A stretch of DNA of 46,183 nt, from the IMG/VR virus record IMGVR_UViG_3300031673_000102. One strand, written 5' to 3'. This stretch comes from a virus. The notes beneath the pieces were generated by a model. The model saw only the letters and a list, made by a program, of their open reading frames with translations, searched no databases and had not been told where the DNA came from. Positions 26,900-35,078 of this stretch are shown here, piece by piece. Each line of letters opens with the position of its first letter. Position 1 is the stretch's first letter. The position numbers and the translations under genes were made by a program.

Positions 26900-28846
26900 C
26901 TAAGTTAATGGCACCAAGTTACCTGCATCAACTTGACTTCTAATTCCTTCATTCGACATAGATTTCTGTTGGATGTTACCACCCTTCCTTACAAAGTCAT
27001 TAACGTTCTTTGCACCCAAGTTACGGGCAATATGTGTGAAGATACGTACTACATCAAAGTTCTGCGCGAGTTCAGGATTAGATCCTAGGATCTGAAATAG
27101 TTGAACCCAAGTATCAGCGTAGTTTCCACCTGGGATGGATCCATCCCTGACCATTACATTATAGTTGATGTCTAGCTGATCAGGACTTACAATGACTCGT
27201 CCACGATCTACAGACTGTTCAAATTCCTTGAGAAGAACATCTTGCCAATCTCCAGCAAGTTTAATATAACTCTCATTAGTCATCATTTGTTTGTTATGAT
27301 GGCCGAAGAACATACCTATATCTTGCAAGCCCTGCATACCTACTACTTTAGCAATTCTCTCCAGCCTGTTAAGTCCTCCAGCGCGGGTACCTTGGAATTC
27401 TGTCCCAGTAAGCCGATCAGGACCTCCCTGCCTAAGTGATCCTGACATAGCGGAATCGGCTCCAGAAATCCGATCCATCCACTGTACGAGCCATGTTGAA
27501 TCAGCAATGTTTCCCCGTGTGACGTCCGAAACCCCAAGCTGTTGAGCGACGTCTTTAACTCCCTTTCCCCAAGCTGGGCGACGGAGTCTGATGAGTTTTC
27601 CAGGAGCCGGGTTCTTAAGATCATTACTATTCACTAGGTAAGGATCGTAGATAATCATATCGTTAATGGCTTTCCTCACATTAGCAACATGACTGTTGAA
27701 CATGAAGTCGAGGACTCCTTGCATTCCGTAGAGAATTTCTATCCTACTGATGGGGGCCAATGAGTATCCATCATAATCAGGGGCGATTACACTCACTGGG
27801 AACTTATTGTGATCTAGATTAGCTGGGTTAGCCCGTAGTACAATCTCATCAGACCCAAGTTCAAAGTACCACATCTCAGGGTACTCACTATCTCCCAGGC
27901 CCCAATCCTTAGGAATGAGTCTAACGAACATTTTCACCCTGTCCAAAGCACTGGAAGTACTCTCAGCAAATTGATCCCTAGTGGACATACCACTCTTGGT
28001 ATTCCTACCAGTATTGTCACCAGAGATAATCCCCGATCTTCTCCCATTCAACTGTTTGAGATACTTAACATTGAACAGGTCTGAGTCATTCCTTTCTTCA
28101 CTCAACAGAGTCATGTAGTTGGTAGTGTTCAACCATCCTACATACTCCCCCCTTTGAGGTTCATGTATAGGGACATTAACATCTGGGAGATATAAATAAG
28201 GGTCAATATTTTCAAGAGAATTCCCCTCAAAAAGAAGTTGATTCTCCATTACAGTAGTAGTCTTACTACCAAATCCCAGGAATCCCCCAGAAGTCTTTTT
28301 AACAGACTTCCTCCCATACTCAGTAACCCAAGTAGGGGTAGTAACTCCAAACCCATAAGAGAATGCATCTCTAGCTTGAGTATGTAAGTTAAGCCCCACC
28401 TTATTCTTTTGGCACTGGAGGCTGATAAGTTTTTCTAGAAGGATTGCTCCAATTACATCACTCGGTCCAGTACCTTCATATCTGAAGATAGGTTCCTGAA
28501 GAAAGGCCGCTACATAGTAACTCAGAAGAGTTTCCAATACTGTATAAGAGTATGGAAAGACTACAGAGATAGGCTTTCTTGAATCCTTCTCCTTAAGAAG
28601 ATTCTCCTTCTCATCTGCAGGGATGTAGGCTGTAAGAGTGAAGTCTATCTCATTCCACGCAGCATGTCTCCTAGACATAACCTTAGCACTATTGTAGGCC
28701 CTCTCCATAACTTCATCTCTGACGCGATTATGAAGTTTAGAGCCAGGAGTAAAATCCAATCCATCTGGATAAGCATACTCATGCTTAACTCCCATGGACG
28801 GGTTAGATGATCTATAATTACCTTCTCCCCTTAGAACTGGAGGCAT
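26900..28846 (-). CDS. Portal protein (putative)
   Basis: About 648 aa immediately downstream of the large terminase. The track start at 28855 is GTG; ATG 28846 (MPPVLRGEG) is preferred. Confidence 0.7.
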   Translation of the reverse strand: MPPVLRGEGNYRSSNPSMGVKHEYAYPDGLDFTPGSKLHNRVRDEVMERAYNSAKVMSRRHAAWNEIDFTLTAYIPADEKENLLKEKDSRKPISVVFPYSYTVLETLLSYYVAAFLQEPIFRYEGTGPSDVIGAILLEKLISLQCQKNKVGLNLHTQARDAFSYGFGVTTPTWVTEYGRKSVKKTSGGFLGFGSKTTTVMENQLLFEGNSLENIDPYLYLPDVNVPIHEPQRGEYVGWLNTTNYMTLLSEERNDSDLFNVKYLKQLNGRRSGIISGDNTGRNTKSGMSTRDQFAESTSSALDRVKMFVRLIPKDWGLGDSEYPEMWYFELGSDEIVLRANPANLDHNKFPVSVIAPDYDGYSLAPISRIEILYGMQGVLDFMFNSHVANVRKAINDMIIYDPYLVNSNDLKNPAPGKLIRLRRPAWGKGVKDVAQQLGVSDVTRGNIADSTWLVQWMDRISGADSAMSGSLRQGGPDRLTGTEFQGTRAGGLNRLERIAKVVGMQGLQDIGMFFGHHNKQMMTNESYIKLAGDWQDVLLKEFEQSVDRGRVIVSPDQLDINYNVMVRDGSIPGGNYADTWVQLFQILGSNPELAQNFDVVRIFTHIARNLGAKNVNDFVRKGGNIQQKSMSNEGIRSQVDAGNLVPLT

Positions 28847-28860
28847 AGTACACACCGATT

Positions 28861-28885
28861 GCTATAATGATTTAATCAACGTAGC
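28861..28885 (-). promoter_or_regulatory. 25-bp dyad motif copy 4 (sense: GCTACGTTGATTAAATCATTATAGC)
   Basis: The plus strand reads GCTATAATGATTTAATCAACGTAGC. It fills most of the 34-nt terminase-portal gap. Confidence 0.7.
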
Positions 28886-28889
28886 AAGG

Positions 28890-30407
28890 TCAAATGATCT
28901 GACCCATATCTTCCATCTCGCCTTCGCACTCCAATGAAGCATAATCTTCATCTGGGGGAGCTTCTTCAGTATCATCTGAAGGGTCAAAGTAAATAGCATG
29001 CTTATCTAGGATGTAGTTGATGTAAGCTAATGCATCCATCGCGTCCCACAACTTACTACGGGGAAACCCCAGGAGTTGCCCCTCTAACTTTCCGCAGCCA
29101 CTCTTGTTATGATACACATATCCCATCTTGTAGAGGGGGGCAAGAGTGGCAACTCTCTCCTCTTTACTCCGCTTAGCAGGAAGCTCAATAAGCATGGGAT
29201 GCTTACTTCGGATCCTACACTCATTCTCAATCGGCTGGGTTATAAAGTTACTCAACCCCACTGCGTCGTAACCAAGAATGAAAGACCCATAGACAGTCAC
29301 CTGTCTGAACATCTCCTCATATAACTCATCAGGGTAGAACTTCCTACTAGTCACTTCCCTGACATATATGCGACGACTCTTCCTATCAATGGCCACAGTA
29401 AGGATGGCCGAATCAGCACTCTGCAATTTAACTGTTCTTGCAGGATCCACTATGGTAATGTGAAGAAGATTATAAGTCCTAACCTCCTCCTCACCAATCT
29501 TCAACTTATCCATCTGATCTTCAAAGTACTTGAAGTACTCTTGCTTGAAGACCGCATCTTCCGAGGATATAGGAATATTCATGCGCTCCATATAGAAGGC
29601 ATCCAGTGTTCCCAGCCTCCTATGTTCCTCAACCTCCTTGGCAATCTCCTCATCTGTCATATAGTTGGGATCATAACTCTTGTAATCCCCATCACAGATG
29701 GACAACTGAACAGATGCCCACTCGGGAGATTCTATTAAATCAACCAGGAGAGAATCCTCATGTTTGATGGTATCTATGTAAATGAATACGCACCCCTCTG
29801 AGTATTTATCCTCTGTCTTCATCAAGTCTGAGTGAAACCATTCCTTCAGCTTCTTCCTATTCTCCTCACTCTTGATCTCATTCTTATCTTCCAAGTCATC
29901 AATGATAACTAACTCCGGGCGATGATTAGCCCAGTTGAGTCCACGTACCTGTTGACCTGCACCACGAGGTAGAATGAATGTTGATCCATAAGCAGTCCAA
30001 GCACTCTTAGCAAAGCTCTCATCCATCCCTTTATCAGTACCAATAGCATCCTTGATATTCCCGAACATCTGTTTTACTTGCTGATTACTGAGAAGATCCC
30101 TCTTAACATTCTCCGTCTGCATTTCAGCACTAGTGGCTGAATTACTCATATATACGATAAATGAGTGAAGTCGAAATAGAATCGACCTCATTACTACAGC
30201 CCGGGCTATAGAAGTCTTACCAATACCACGAGGAGCTGCAATAGCAATTCTCTTATGACCTGCATTGATCAACTCAAATATCTGATCATGTAGGGTGGAG
30301 AAGTCAGCATAGAATATATCTGGAAAGATCACCTTACAAAAGACCTTAACATCCAGAATACAATGTGCTAGGACTTCATCTAACCCTGAGTCTTGATTAG
30401 GGTTCAT
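28890..30407 (-). CDS. terL: Terminase large subunit
   Basis: Walker A AAPRGIGKTS, Walker B LVIIDDLED, and a C-terminal nuclease-like half. 505 aa, upstream of the portal. Confidence 0.9.
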   Translation of the reverse strand: MNPNQDSGLDEVLAHCILDVKVFCKVIFPDIFYADFSTLHDQIFELINAGHKRIAIAAPRGIGKTSIARAVVMRSILFRLHSFIVYMSNSATSAEMQTENVKRDLLSNQQVKQMFGNIKDAIGTDKGMDESFAKSAWTAYGSTFILPRGAGQQVRGLNWANHRPELVIIDDLEDKNEIKSEENRKKLKEWFHSDLMKTEDKYSEGCVFIYIDTIKHEDSLLVDLIESPEWASVQLSICDGDYKSYDPNYMTDEEIAKEVEEHRRLGTLDAFYMERMNIPISSEDAVFKQEYFKYFEDQMDKLKIGEEEVRTYNLLHITIVDPARTVKLQSADSAILTVAIDRKSRRIYVREVTSRKFYPDELYEEMFRQVTVYGSFILGYDAVGLSNFITQPIENECRIRSKHPMLIELPAKRSKEERVATLAPLYKMGYVYHNKSGCGKLEGQLLGFPRSKLWDAMDALAYINYILDKHAIYFDPSDDTEEAPPDEDYASLECEGEMEDMGQII

Positions 30408-30733
30408 TAAATTTCCACAATAAGCATTACTGTAGCTGTAGCTTCATTACCTGTTATATAAAGTTTCTGAGGTTTACCCGTCAAGGAAAGTTGCTTAAGG
30501 TCATATGCATTGGCTGCTTTACACTTGAAGATCACAGGGCCAGAGGCACTACCTTCACGTACAGTAAGAATATTATCAGTAGCGGCCGGGACAAACTGTA
30601 GGGACTTTGCTCTAATCCCATTTACCCTAGCCCCATCTGCCAACCCCAAAGTTGCAGAAGTAATATCGAAAGCCGTAGCCCCATCCAATGTCACATTGAT
30701 AAAACTCTCACCAACTACAACTGTGTTAGACAT
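30407..30733 (-). CDS. Hypothetical beta-rich protein, 108 aa
   Basis: Overlapping start and stop with its neighbours. Not helical like a typical small terminase. Confidence 0.4.
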   Translation of the reverse strand: MSNTVVVGESFINVTLDGATAFDITSATLGLADGARVNGIRAKSLQFVPAATDNILTVREGSASGPVIFKCKAANAYDLKQLSLTGKPQKLYITGNEATATVMLIVEI

Positions 30734-31141
30734 TTAGAACCTCATAATAGTATTCCACCATGATCTAACATCGAACTGTGGACAAGTCTTATTCTTATCA
30801 AGGTCACAGTGACCAAGAACTTCTGCATTTTTGTAAGTAAACTTAAGACCCTCAATCAACTTGGCAAGAGAGGCCCACTGCTCAATGGTGTAATTAGCTT
30901 TAGGCTTACCACCTATAAGACATACTCCAATACTGTGAGCATTATGGCCTGCTACATGAGCACCTGCCACTTCAAGATCTCGACCAAACTCTACAGTACC
31001 ATTCCTACGAATCACATAGTGATAGCCAATATCTTTCCAGCCCCTCTCTTTAATGTGCCACTGACGAATCTCATCAGTACCAATATCCATAGTTGATGGA
31101 GTATCTGCGCAATGAATGACTATTAAATTGATGGATCTCAT
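30734..31141 (-). CDS. N-acetylmuramoyl-L-alanine amidase, T7-lysozyme-like (Amidase_2/PGRP)
   Basis: IVIHCADTP, EIRQWH, GYHYVIRRNGTVEFGRD, SIGVCLIGG and CPQFDVRSWW align block by block with T7 gp3.5 as I remember it. Confidence 0.92.
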   Translation of the reverse strand: MRSINLIVIHCADTPSTMDIGTDEIRQWHIKERGWKDIGYHYVIRRNGTVEFGRDLEVAGAHVAGHNAHSIGVCLIGGKPKANYTIEQWASLAKLIEGLKFTYKNAEVLGHCDLDKNKTCPQFDVRSWWNTIMRF

Positions 31142-31413
31142 TTTGCTAACTCCTTCACAAGAGTGGATAAATCAGAGAACCCCTTATCAATGGAAGTCTC
31201 TACTCTGGATAATCTATCAGTTATATCTTTAAACCTGTGGTCTGAATCCTTCTGACACACAGTACAAGTATCTTTATATACTACATCTTTCTCAAGTTGA
31301 ATTGCTCTATCTTCCCCTACAGCAAGTCTTTCTCTAAATCCTGCCCAAGCTAAGAGAGCTCCAAAGAGTGCGCCAATTCCTCCAATACCTCCAGATTGAA
31401 TCAGATCATCCAT
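31138..31413 (-). CDS. Single-TM membrane protein (holin or lysis accessory candidate)
   Basis: N-terminal GGIGGIGALFGALLAWAGF followed by a charged helical tail. Lies between the amidase and the PLA2-like gene. Confidence 0.45.
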   Translation of the reverse strand: MDDLIQSGGIGGIGALFGALLAWAGFRERLAVGEDRAIQLEKDVVYKDTCTVCQKDSDHRFKDITDRLSRVETSIDKGFSDLSTLVKELAK

Positions 31414-31798
31414 TACTATACCCTAAGGATTCTGGCTTATTCTTAGCAGCCCAAAATGCTGGCCCACCACATAAATGTACTGCTTGATAGTATATCTTTG
31501 CTCGTCGAATTCTCAATAGCTTCAGCCATTTCCAACTACAGCCATCATCTATTAACCGAAGCATATTGTTTAAGAAAACTCGATCCGCTTCATTTTTATC
31601 CTCTAATGTGGCCCCACAGATATACATCCAATCGTGGATATTACAAGCTGGAGTAATACATAGTCCATAGATTGTATCTGGAACCAGTATACCAATGACC
31701 CCTCTCGTACCACATCCATTCGTAGCATTAGCACGAGCTTCTGGTGTCAACTTCCAATACTGGTCAGGGGCAAATAACTTACTCATAATCAGTTTCAT
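31406..31798 (-). CDS. Protein with secreted-phospholipase-A2-like motifs
   Basis: NGCGTRG (resembles the Ca-loop xCGxGG), then ACNIHDWMY 23 aa later (resembles CCxxHDxxY), then EADRVF downstream. Cys-rich, 130 aa. Confidence 0.4.
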   Translation of the reverse strand: MKLIMSKLFAPDQYWKLTPEARANATNGCGTRGVIGILVPDTIYGLCITPACNIHDWMYICGATLEDKNEADRVFLNNMLRLIDDGCSWKWLKLLRIRRAKIYYQAVHLCGGPAFWAAKNKPESLGYSNG

Positions 31799-32409
31799 CC
31801 TGGTTCAATAGCCATCTGACCTGAAAATCCAGCTAGTTCTCTAGCTCTCTCTTTAATCCTTTCTATATCATCCAACGTAAAATGCCCATGGACATTTCTA
31901 GTGTCAATCCTCTGAGTAGGTTTCCCAATCTCACGATCCATCAGATTGTTCGCTTCCTTCATAATGGAAGACCCGCTCAGCTCACGGCCAAGAACTTGAC
32001 CAGTCTCCAGAGCTTCCCTCACTCTTTGAAGAGCGATAGGAGCTAGGTCAGCAATATCCTTCGCCAGGTCGATAGTCCCAGCATCACGAGCCGCCCTCAT
32101 GATGGTGATCTTATCCTGCACCACCGGAGAGTTCCTAACATTGGAAACCTGTTGAGCAGTTACATTAAGAGCTTCACCAATCTCTTGGTTATTCTGCCCG
32201 AGGATAATCCTCCTAGCAATCTCATGATGCCTATCCCACATCTCAGCTACTTGCCATCCCTTCTTCTTAGCAACTTCACCAGGCGCAGTTTTATTCTCAA
32301 TCCTACGGGCATCCTTACGATCAGGCTGTAGATACCTATCCCCTGGATAAGAGTACACTACCTCCTGCCCAGCAGCATTGATGACAGTATTTGTGATAAC
32401 ACTAGACAT
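31795..32409 (-). CDS. HTH DNA-binding protein (small terminase or late regulator candidate)
   Basis: LGQNNQEIGEALNVTAQQVSNV resembles a sigma70-region-4/LuxR-type HTH. Start set to ATG 32409, which is preceded by GGAGG. First gene of the minus arm. Confidence 0.4.
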   Translation of the reverse strand: MSSVITNTVINAAGQEVVYSYPGDRYLQPDRKDARRIENKTAPGEVAKKKGWQVAEMWDRHHEIARRIILGQNNQEIGEALNVTAQQVSNVRNSPVVQDKITIMRAARDAGTIDLAKDIADLAPIALQRVREALETGQVLGRELSGSSIMKEANNLMDREIGKPTQRIDTRNVHGHFTLDDIERIKERARELAGFSGQMAIEPG

Positions 32410-32542
32410 AAAAGTCCTCCAATTGTGAATCCATTTTACCATGCTCATAGGAATAAATCAAGGCATCATTTGGCACATAGTAGGCTACTAGTTAGCAATT
32501 CTGAACCTCGCCCAGTGGATCACCTCAGTGATCTTGGCCTGT

Positions 32543-32567
32543 GCTGTATGGATTAAATCCACATAGC
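32543..32567 (+). promoter_or_regulatory. 25-bp dyad motif copy 5: GCTGTATGGATTAAATCCACATAGC
   Basis: In the divergent control region, 153 nt upstream of the -35 box of P1. Confidence 0.7.
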
Positions 32568-32720
32568 ACAAAGTGCTAAGGATAGAGTGCTAAGAGGATG
32601 GATTAATCACCAATTGGTACCAATACCAAACTTACGACACAACTTACATACAAGGATCTATGGGGTACAGCCAACCCCCAACCCCCGATGGGGGGACCAT
32701 GCGGGTTTTGGACGCCTAAT

Positions 32721-32748
32721 TTGACAAATCCCTCAAATTTGGTATAAT
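32721..32748 (+). promoter_or_regulatory. Near-consensus sigma70-type early promoter P1
   Basis: TTGACA (32721-32726), 16-nt spacer ending in TGg, then TATAAT (32743-32748). About 180 nt upstream of ATG 32932. Confidence 0.7.
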
Positions 32749-32931
32749 GGGATCAACATCGGGGCACAATACATAACGCCCCACCGATCATTGACATAAC
32801 GGGCATCGCCCGAACCAGTAGGGCTGGCGACATGGGATACGGGAGAGCCGTAGGGCATGGCGTAACAGAGCTGGAATACATGATACCTGGCCTAAAGGGC
32901 AGATGACTTTCCGACAATAAGGAGAATCATC

Positions 32932-33423
32932 ATGAGCACAACAACTGTGAAGTTTAAAGTGGCAATGGATGCGGAGCAGAAGGCCGCGAAGAATTTCAAG
33001 GAAGTAGAGTTTGAATGTTCATTTGACGGGGTTGATCCCTCGATCATTCAGCGTCATGCCATTGCGAATCAGATTGTCATATGGCAGGGGCAGATCAGGA
33101 ACAACTGGGATAAGTTCCTCAGTGGGAAACTCCCGAAGATTGTAACATTCGGAGTCCCTCTCTTCGAGGGCGGCCGCAATCGTACCCGCCCGATTACTGA
33201 GGACGACATTCGGGCATACCTTGCCGGGAAGTCACCGGAGGAGGTTAGGGCTTTCTTGTGGAATGTACGAGGGGGATGGCAGGGGCAGATCAGGAACGAC
33301 TGGAGTAAGTTTCTCGAAGCAGGTGGCAACGAAGTAAAGCAGGAGGAAGTGGACAACACTCCAGAGTTGGACGAGGATGGCGATCCGATCTTTGTCGATC
33401 CTGGGGACGCAGAAGAATATTAA
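32932..33423 (+). CDS. First early protein: acidic, with an internal duplicated WQGQIRNxWxKFL motif
   Basis: AAGGAG SD. By my count 29 D/E versus 20 K/R. C-terminus DEDGDPIFVDPGDAEEY. 21-nt identical repeat at 33082-33102 and 33277-33297. Confidence 0.7.
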   Translation: MSTTTVKFKVAMDAEQKAAKNFKEVEFECSFDGVDPSIIQRHAIANQIVIWQGQIRNNWDKFLSGKLPKIVTFGVPLFEGGRNRTRPITEDDIRAYLAGKSPEEVRAFLWNVRGGWQGQIRNDWSKFLEAGGNEVKQEEVDNTPELDEDGDPIFVDPGDAEEY

Positions 33424-33512
33424 GTCAATCAGTAGGCTCACCAACTAACCAACCAAAGTTATCTGCTCTTTATGCTGGGTATCATCAACATTAACTTAAC
33501 AAGGAGATTATC

Positions 33513-33659
33513 ATGCTATATGCAAAATGCCCAGACTGTGGAAAGTTATTATTTAAGTATGACTCTAAATTAGTAATGATATTTGGACGTGAGATATTCA
33601 TCAAAGAAGGTCAGATATATCTAGGGGAACTTCTGTGTTCTTGTCAGGGTGGAGTGTAA
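33513..33659 (+). CDS. 48-aa zinc-ribbon-like peptide (not in the ORF track)
   Basis: AAGGAG plus 7 nt, then ATG. Translates MLYAKCPDCGKLLFKYDSKLVMIFGREIFIKEGQIYLGELLCSCQGGV. Confidence 0.45.
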   Translation: MLYAKCPDCGKLLFKYDSKLVMIFGREIFIKEGQIYLGELLCSCQGGV

Positions 33660-34203
33660 TGGGGTGCATTGGTTGAATTGAAAAAGCCGAAAGAATGGAT
33701 TAAACGCACCCCATGCACACACAAATTTAAATGGAATTGTAACGCAGTAACTGGGTAATGGCGTAACGGGAAAATGCCTTAGAGTTAAGGTGGTACCAAA
33801 AAATATTATATAACTAAGAAGGATTATATATAGATTGAATATCAACTCTCTCCATTACAAAATTTTGATTGAATGGTGTGTGTATGGGGTGGATTCATTG
33901 GGTTTATGAGACTCTTGACGCTCATTCCATTTGGTGCATTCGGGACTATCGTCCCAATAGTCAGTAGAACTATATACTGGAGGAGGTAGAGATATGGATG
34001 GACTACTGGGGTGGAGTACCTACTCGTTGAGATTCTGTGGGTGGTGGATTCGGAGTGGCCGGACTTCTGAATGGGCATTAGTGGTGATTGCTACTAATGT
34101 TCGTGTCCTTAATGTATGGAACTAATGGGATTCCGCAAGGAATCATGCTGACCTCTCCAGTCAGACTTTCTCATCTATTAGCCTGACTAGGAGAAGTTGG
34201 AAT
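33660..34203 (+). other. ORF-free, hairpin-rich region (candidate structured RNA or origin)
   Basis: No plus-strand ORF with an SD. Stems GGGGTGC/GCACCCC, GGGAC-tatc-GTCCC, GATTCC-GCAA-GGAATC and AGTCAG/CTGACT. TAATG(G/T) recurs. Confidence 0.3.
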
Positions 34204-34228
34204 GCTATGTGGATTAAATCATCATAGC
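34204..34228 (+). promoter_or_regulatory. 25-bp dyad motif copy 6: GCTATGTGGATTAAATCATCATAGC
   Basis: 39 nt upstream of the -35 box of P2. Confidence 0.7.
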
Positions 34229-34267
34229 ATAACCATCTCCACTACTCAAATTAAAATTGGTTAGATA

Positions 34268-34296
34268 TTGACAACTGGTGTAATGTGGTGTATGGT
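34268..34296 (+). promoter_or_regulatory. Sigma70-type promoter candidate P2
   Basis: TTGACA (34268-34273), 17 nt, TATGGT (34291-34296). Shares TTGACAACTG with P3. Confidence 0.5.
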
Positions 34297-34359
34297 GTAA
34301 TGGTATGAATGGGGTAATGGATTTGCCCTTAGATCAACAATAACTGGGAGGAAATATTC

Positions 34360-34608
34360 ATGGGACATGAAATGTTACTCATCTGGACTGTACGAGTGGG
34401 GATGCTAATCATTGCCATAGTCATGGGAATTTGCATCTATGTCATTAACTTTCCTTATAAATGTATCAGAACATTTGGCTTACCTGCTAAAGGTCGATCT
34501 TTTGGTAAGATAGATCCTCATGTTAACGAGTGGGAAGTCCTCTACATTAACAGTGATGGGGATACTCTCAACCGGTGTAAACACTGTCCTGCGGAGACTT
34601 GGTCATGA
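34360..34608 (+). CDS. Small membrane protein
   Basis: GGGAGG SD. TM segment VGMLIIAIVMGICIYVI. C-terminal CKHC. Confidence 0.55.
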   Translation: MGHEMLLIWTVRVGMLIIAIVMGICIYVINFPYKCIRTFGLPAKGRSFGKIDPHVNEWEVLYINSDGDTLNRCKHCPAETWS

Positions 34609-34823
34609 TCGTCTATGAAGTAGTTGAAGAAGGCTTTAATGGTGGTACTGATGCTACGGATGAAAAGATTATATGGATTATATCTAAGGATAAAGAATCT
34701 GTAATAAGGTTCTGTAATTCTAAAGATATAATTTATACATCTATTGAAGTTACATCTATCAGTATTGACAGTATAGGCATTGACTATGTTATTATAGGAG
34801 GTAATTTCTATGAGAAAATCTAA
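34599..34823 (+). CDS. Hypothetical early protein
   Basis: Overlapping start. Acidic 74 aa. Confidence 0.45.
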   Translation: MVMIVYEVVEEGFNGGTDATDEKIIWIISKDKESVIRFCNSKDIIYTSIEVTSISIDSIGIDYVIIGGNFYEKI

Positions 34824-35070
34824 GAAATCAAAATTCCCTGACATGGATCGTTCTCCAGAAGTTCGACGTGGAAAGGAGATGGGATTCTTAAACTTCCAGC
34901 CTCTCCACGTGAATCGATGGCAGTGGTCGGATCAAGTGATCTTCTGGACCTGGAGGGATGCTCAGAGGGAGTTCTTCGAGTCTAAGCGTAGAACTGTAAG
35001 GGGGAAGAGGTTGATAGTACTCACTGGGCTGGCTATAGTGATTGGCTCAATAATCTGGATGGTAATTTAG
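34810..35070 (+). CDS. Small protein with C-terminal TM segment
   Basis: AGGAGG SD. LIVLTGLAIVIGSIIWMVI. Confidence 0.5.
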   Translation: MRKSKKSKFPDMDRSPEVRRGKEMGFLNFQPLHVNRWQWSDQVIFWTWRDAQREFFESKRRTVRGKRLIVLTGLAIVIGSIIWMVI

Positions 35071-35078
35071 GAGGTTAT

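Noticed and set aside
30407-30733. The 108-aa ORF upstream of terL as the small terminase subunit
   Set aside because: It is beta-rich, has no HTH or helical oligomerisation pattern, and its only support is position. The HTH protein at 31795-32409 is an equally weak candidate, so neither is called TerS.
32449-32931. A tRNA or tmRNA in the GC-rich parts of the divergent region, and likewise at 38894-39105
   Set aside because: No cloverleaf landmarks (no GGTTCGAATCC-like T-loop, no D-loop AGCTCAGTTGG-type sequence) seen on either strand. tRNAscan-SE or ARAGORN should confirm this.
33621-34078. Two minus-strand ORFs (74 and 78 aa) in the ORF-free region
   Set aside because: Opposite to the transcription direction of this arm, no SD, odd composition. 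They are probably chance ORFs in non-coding sequence.
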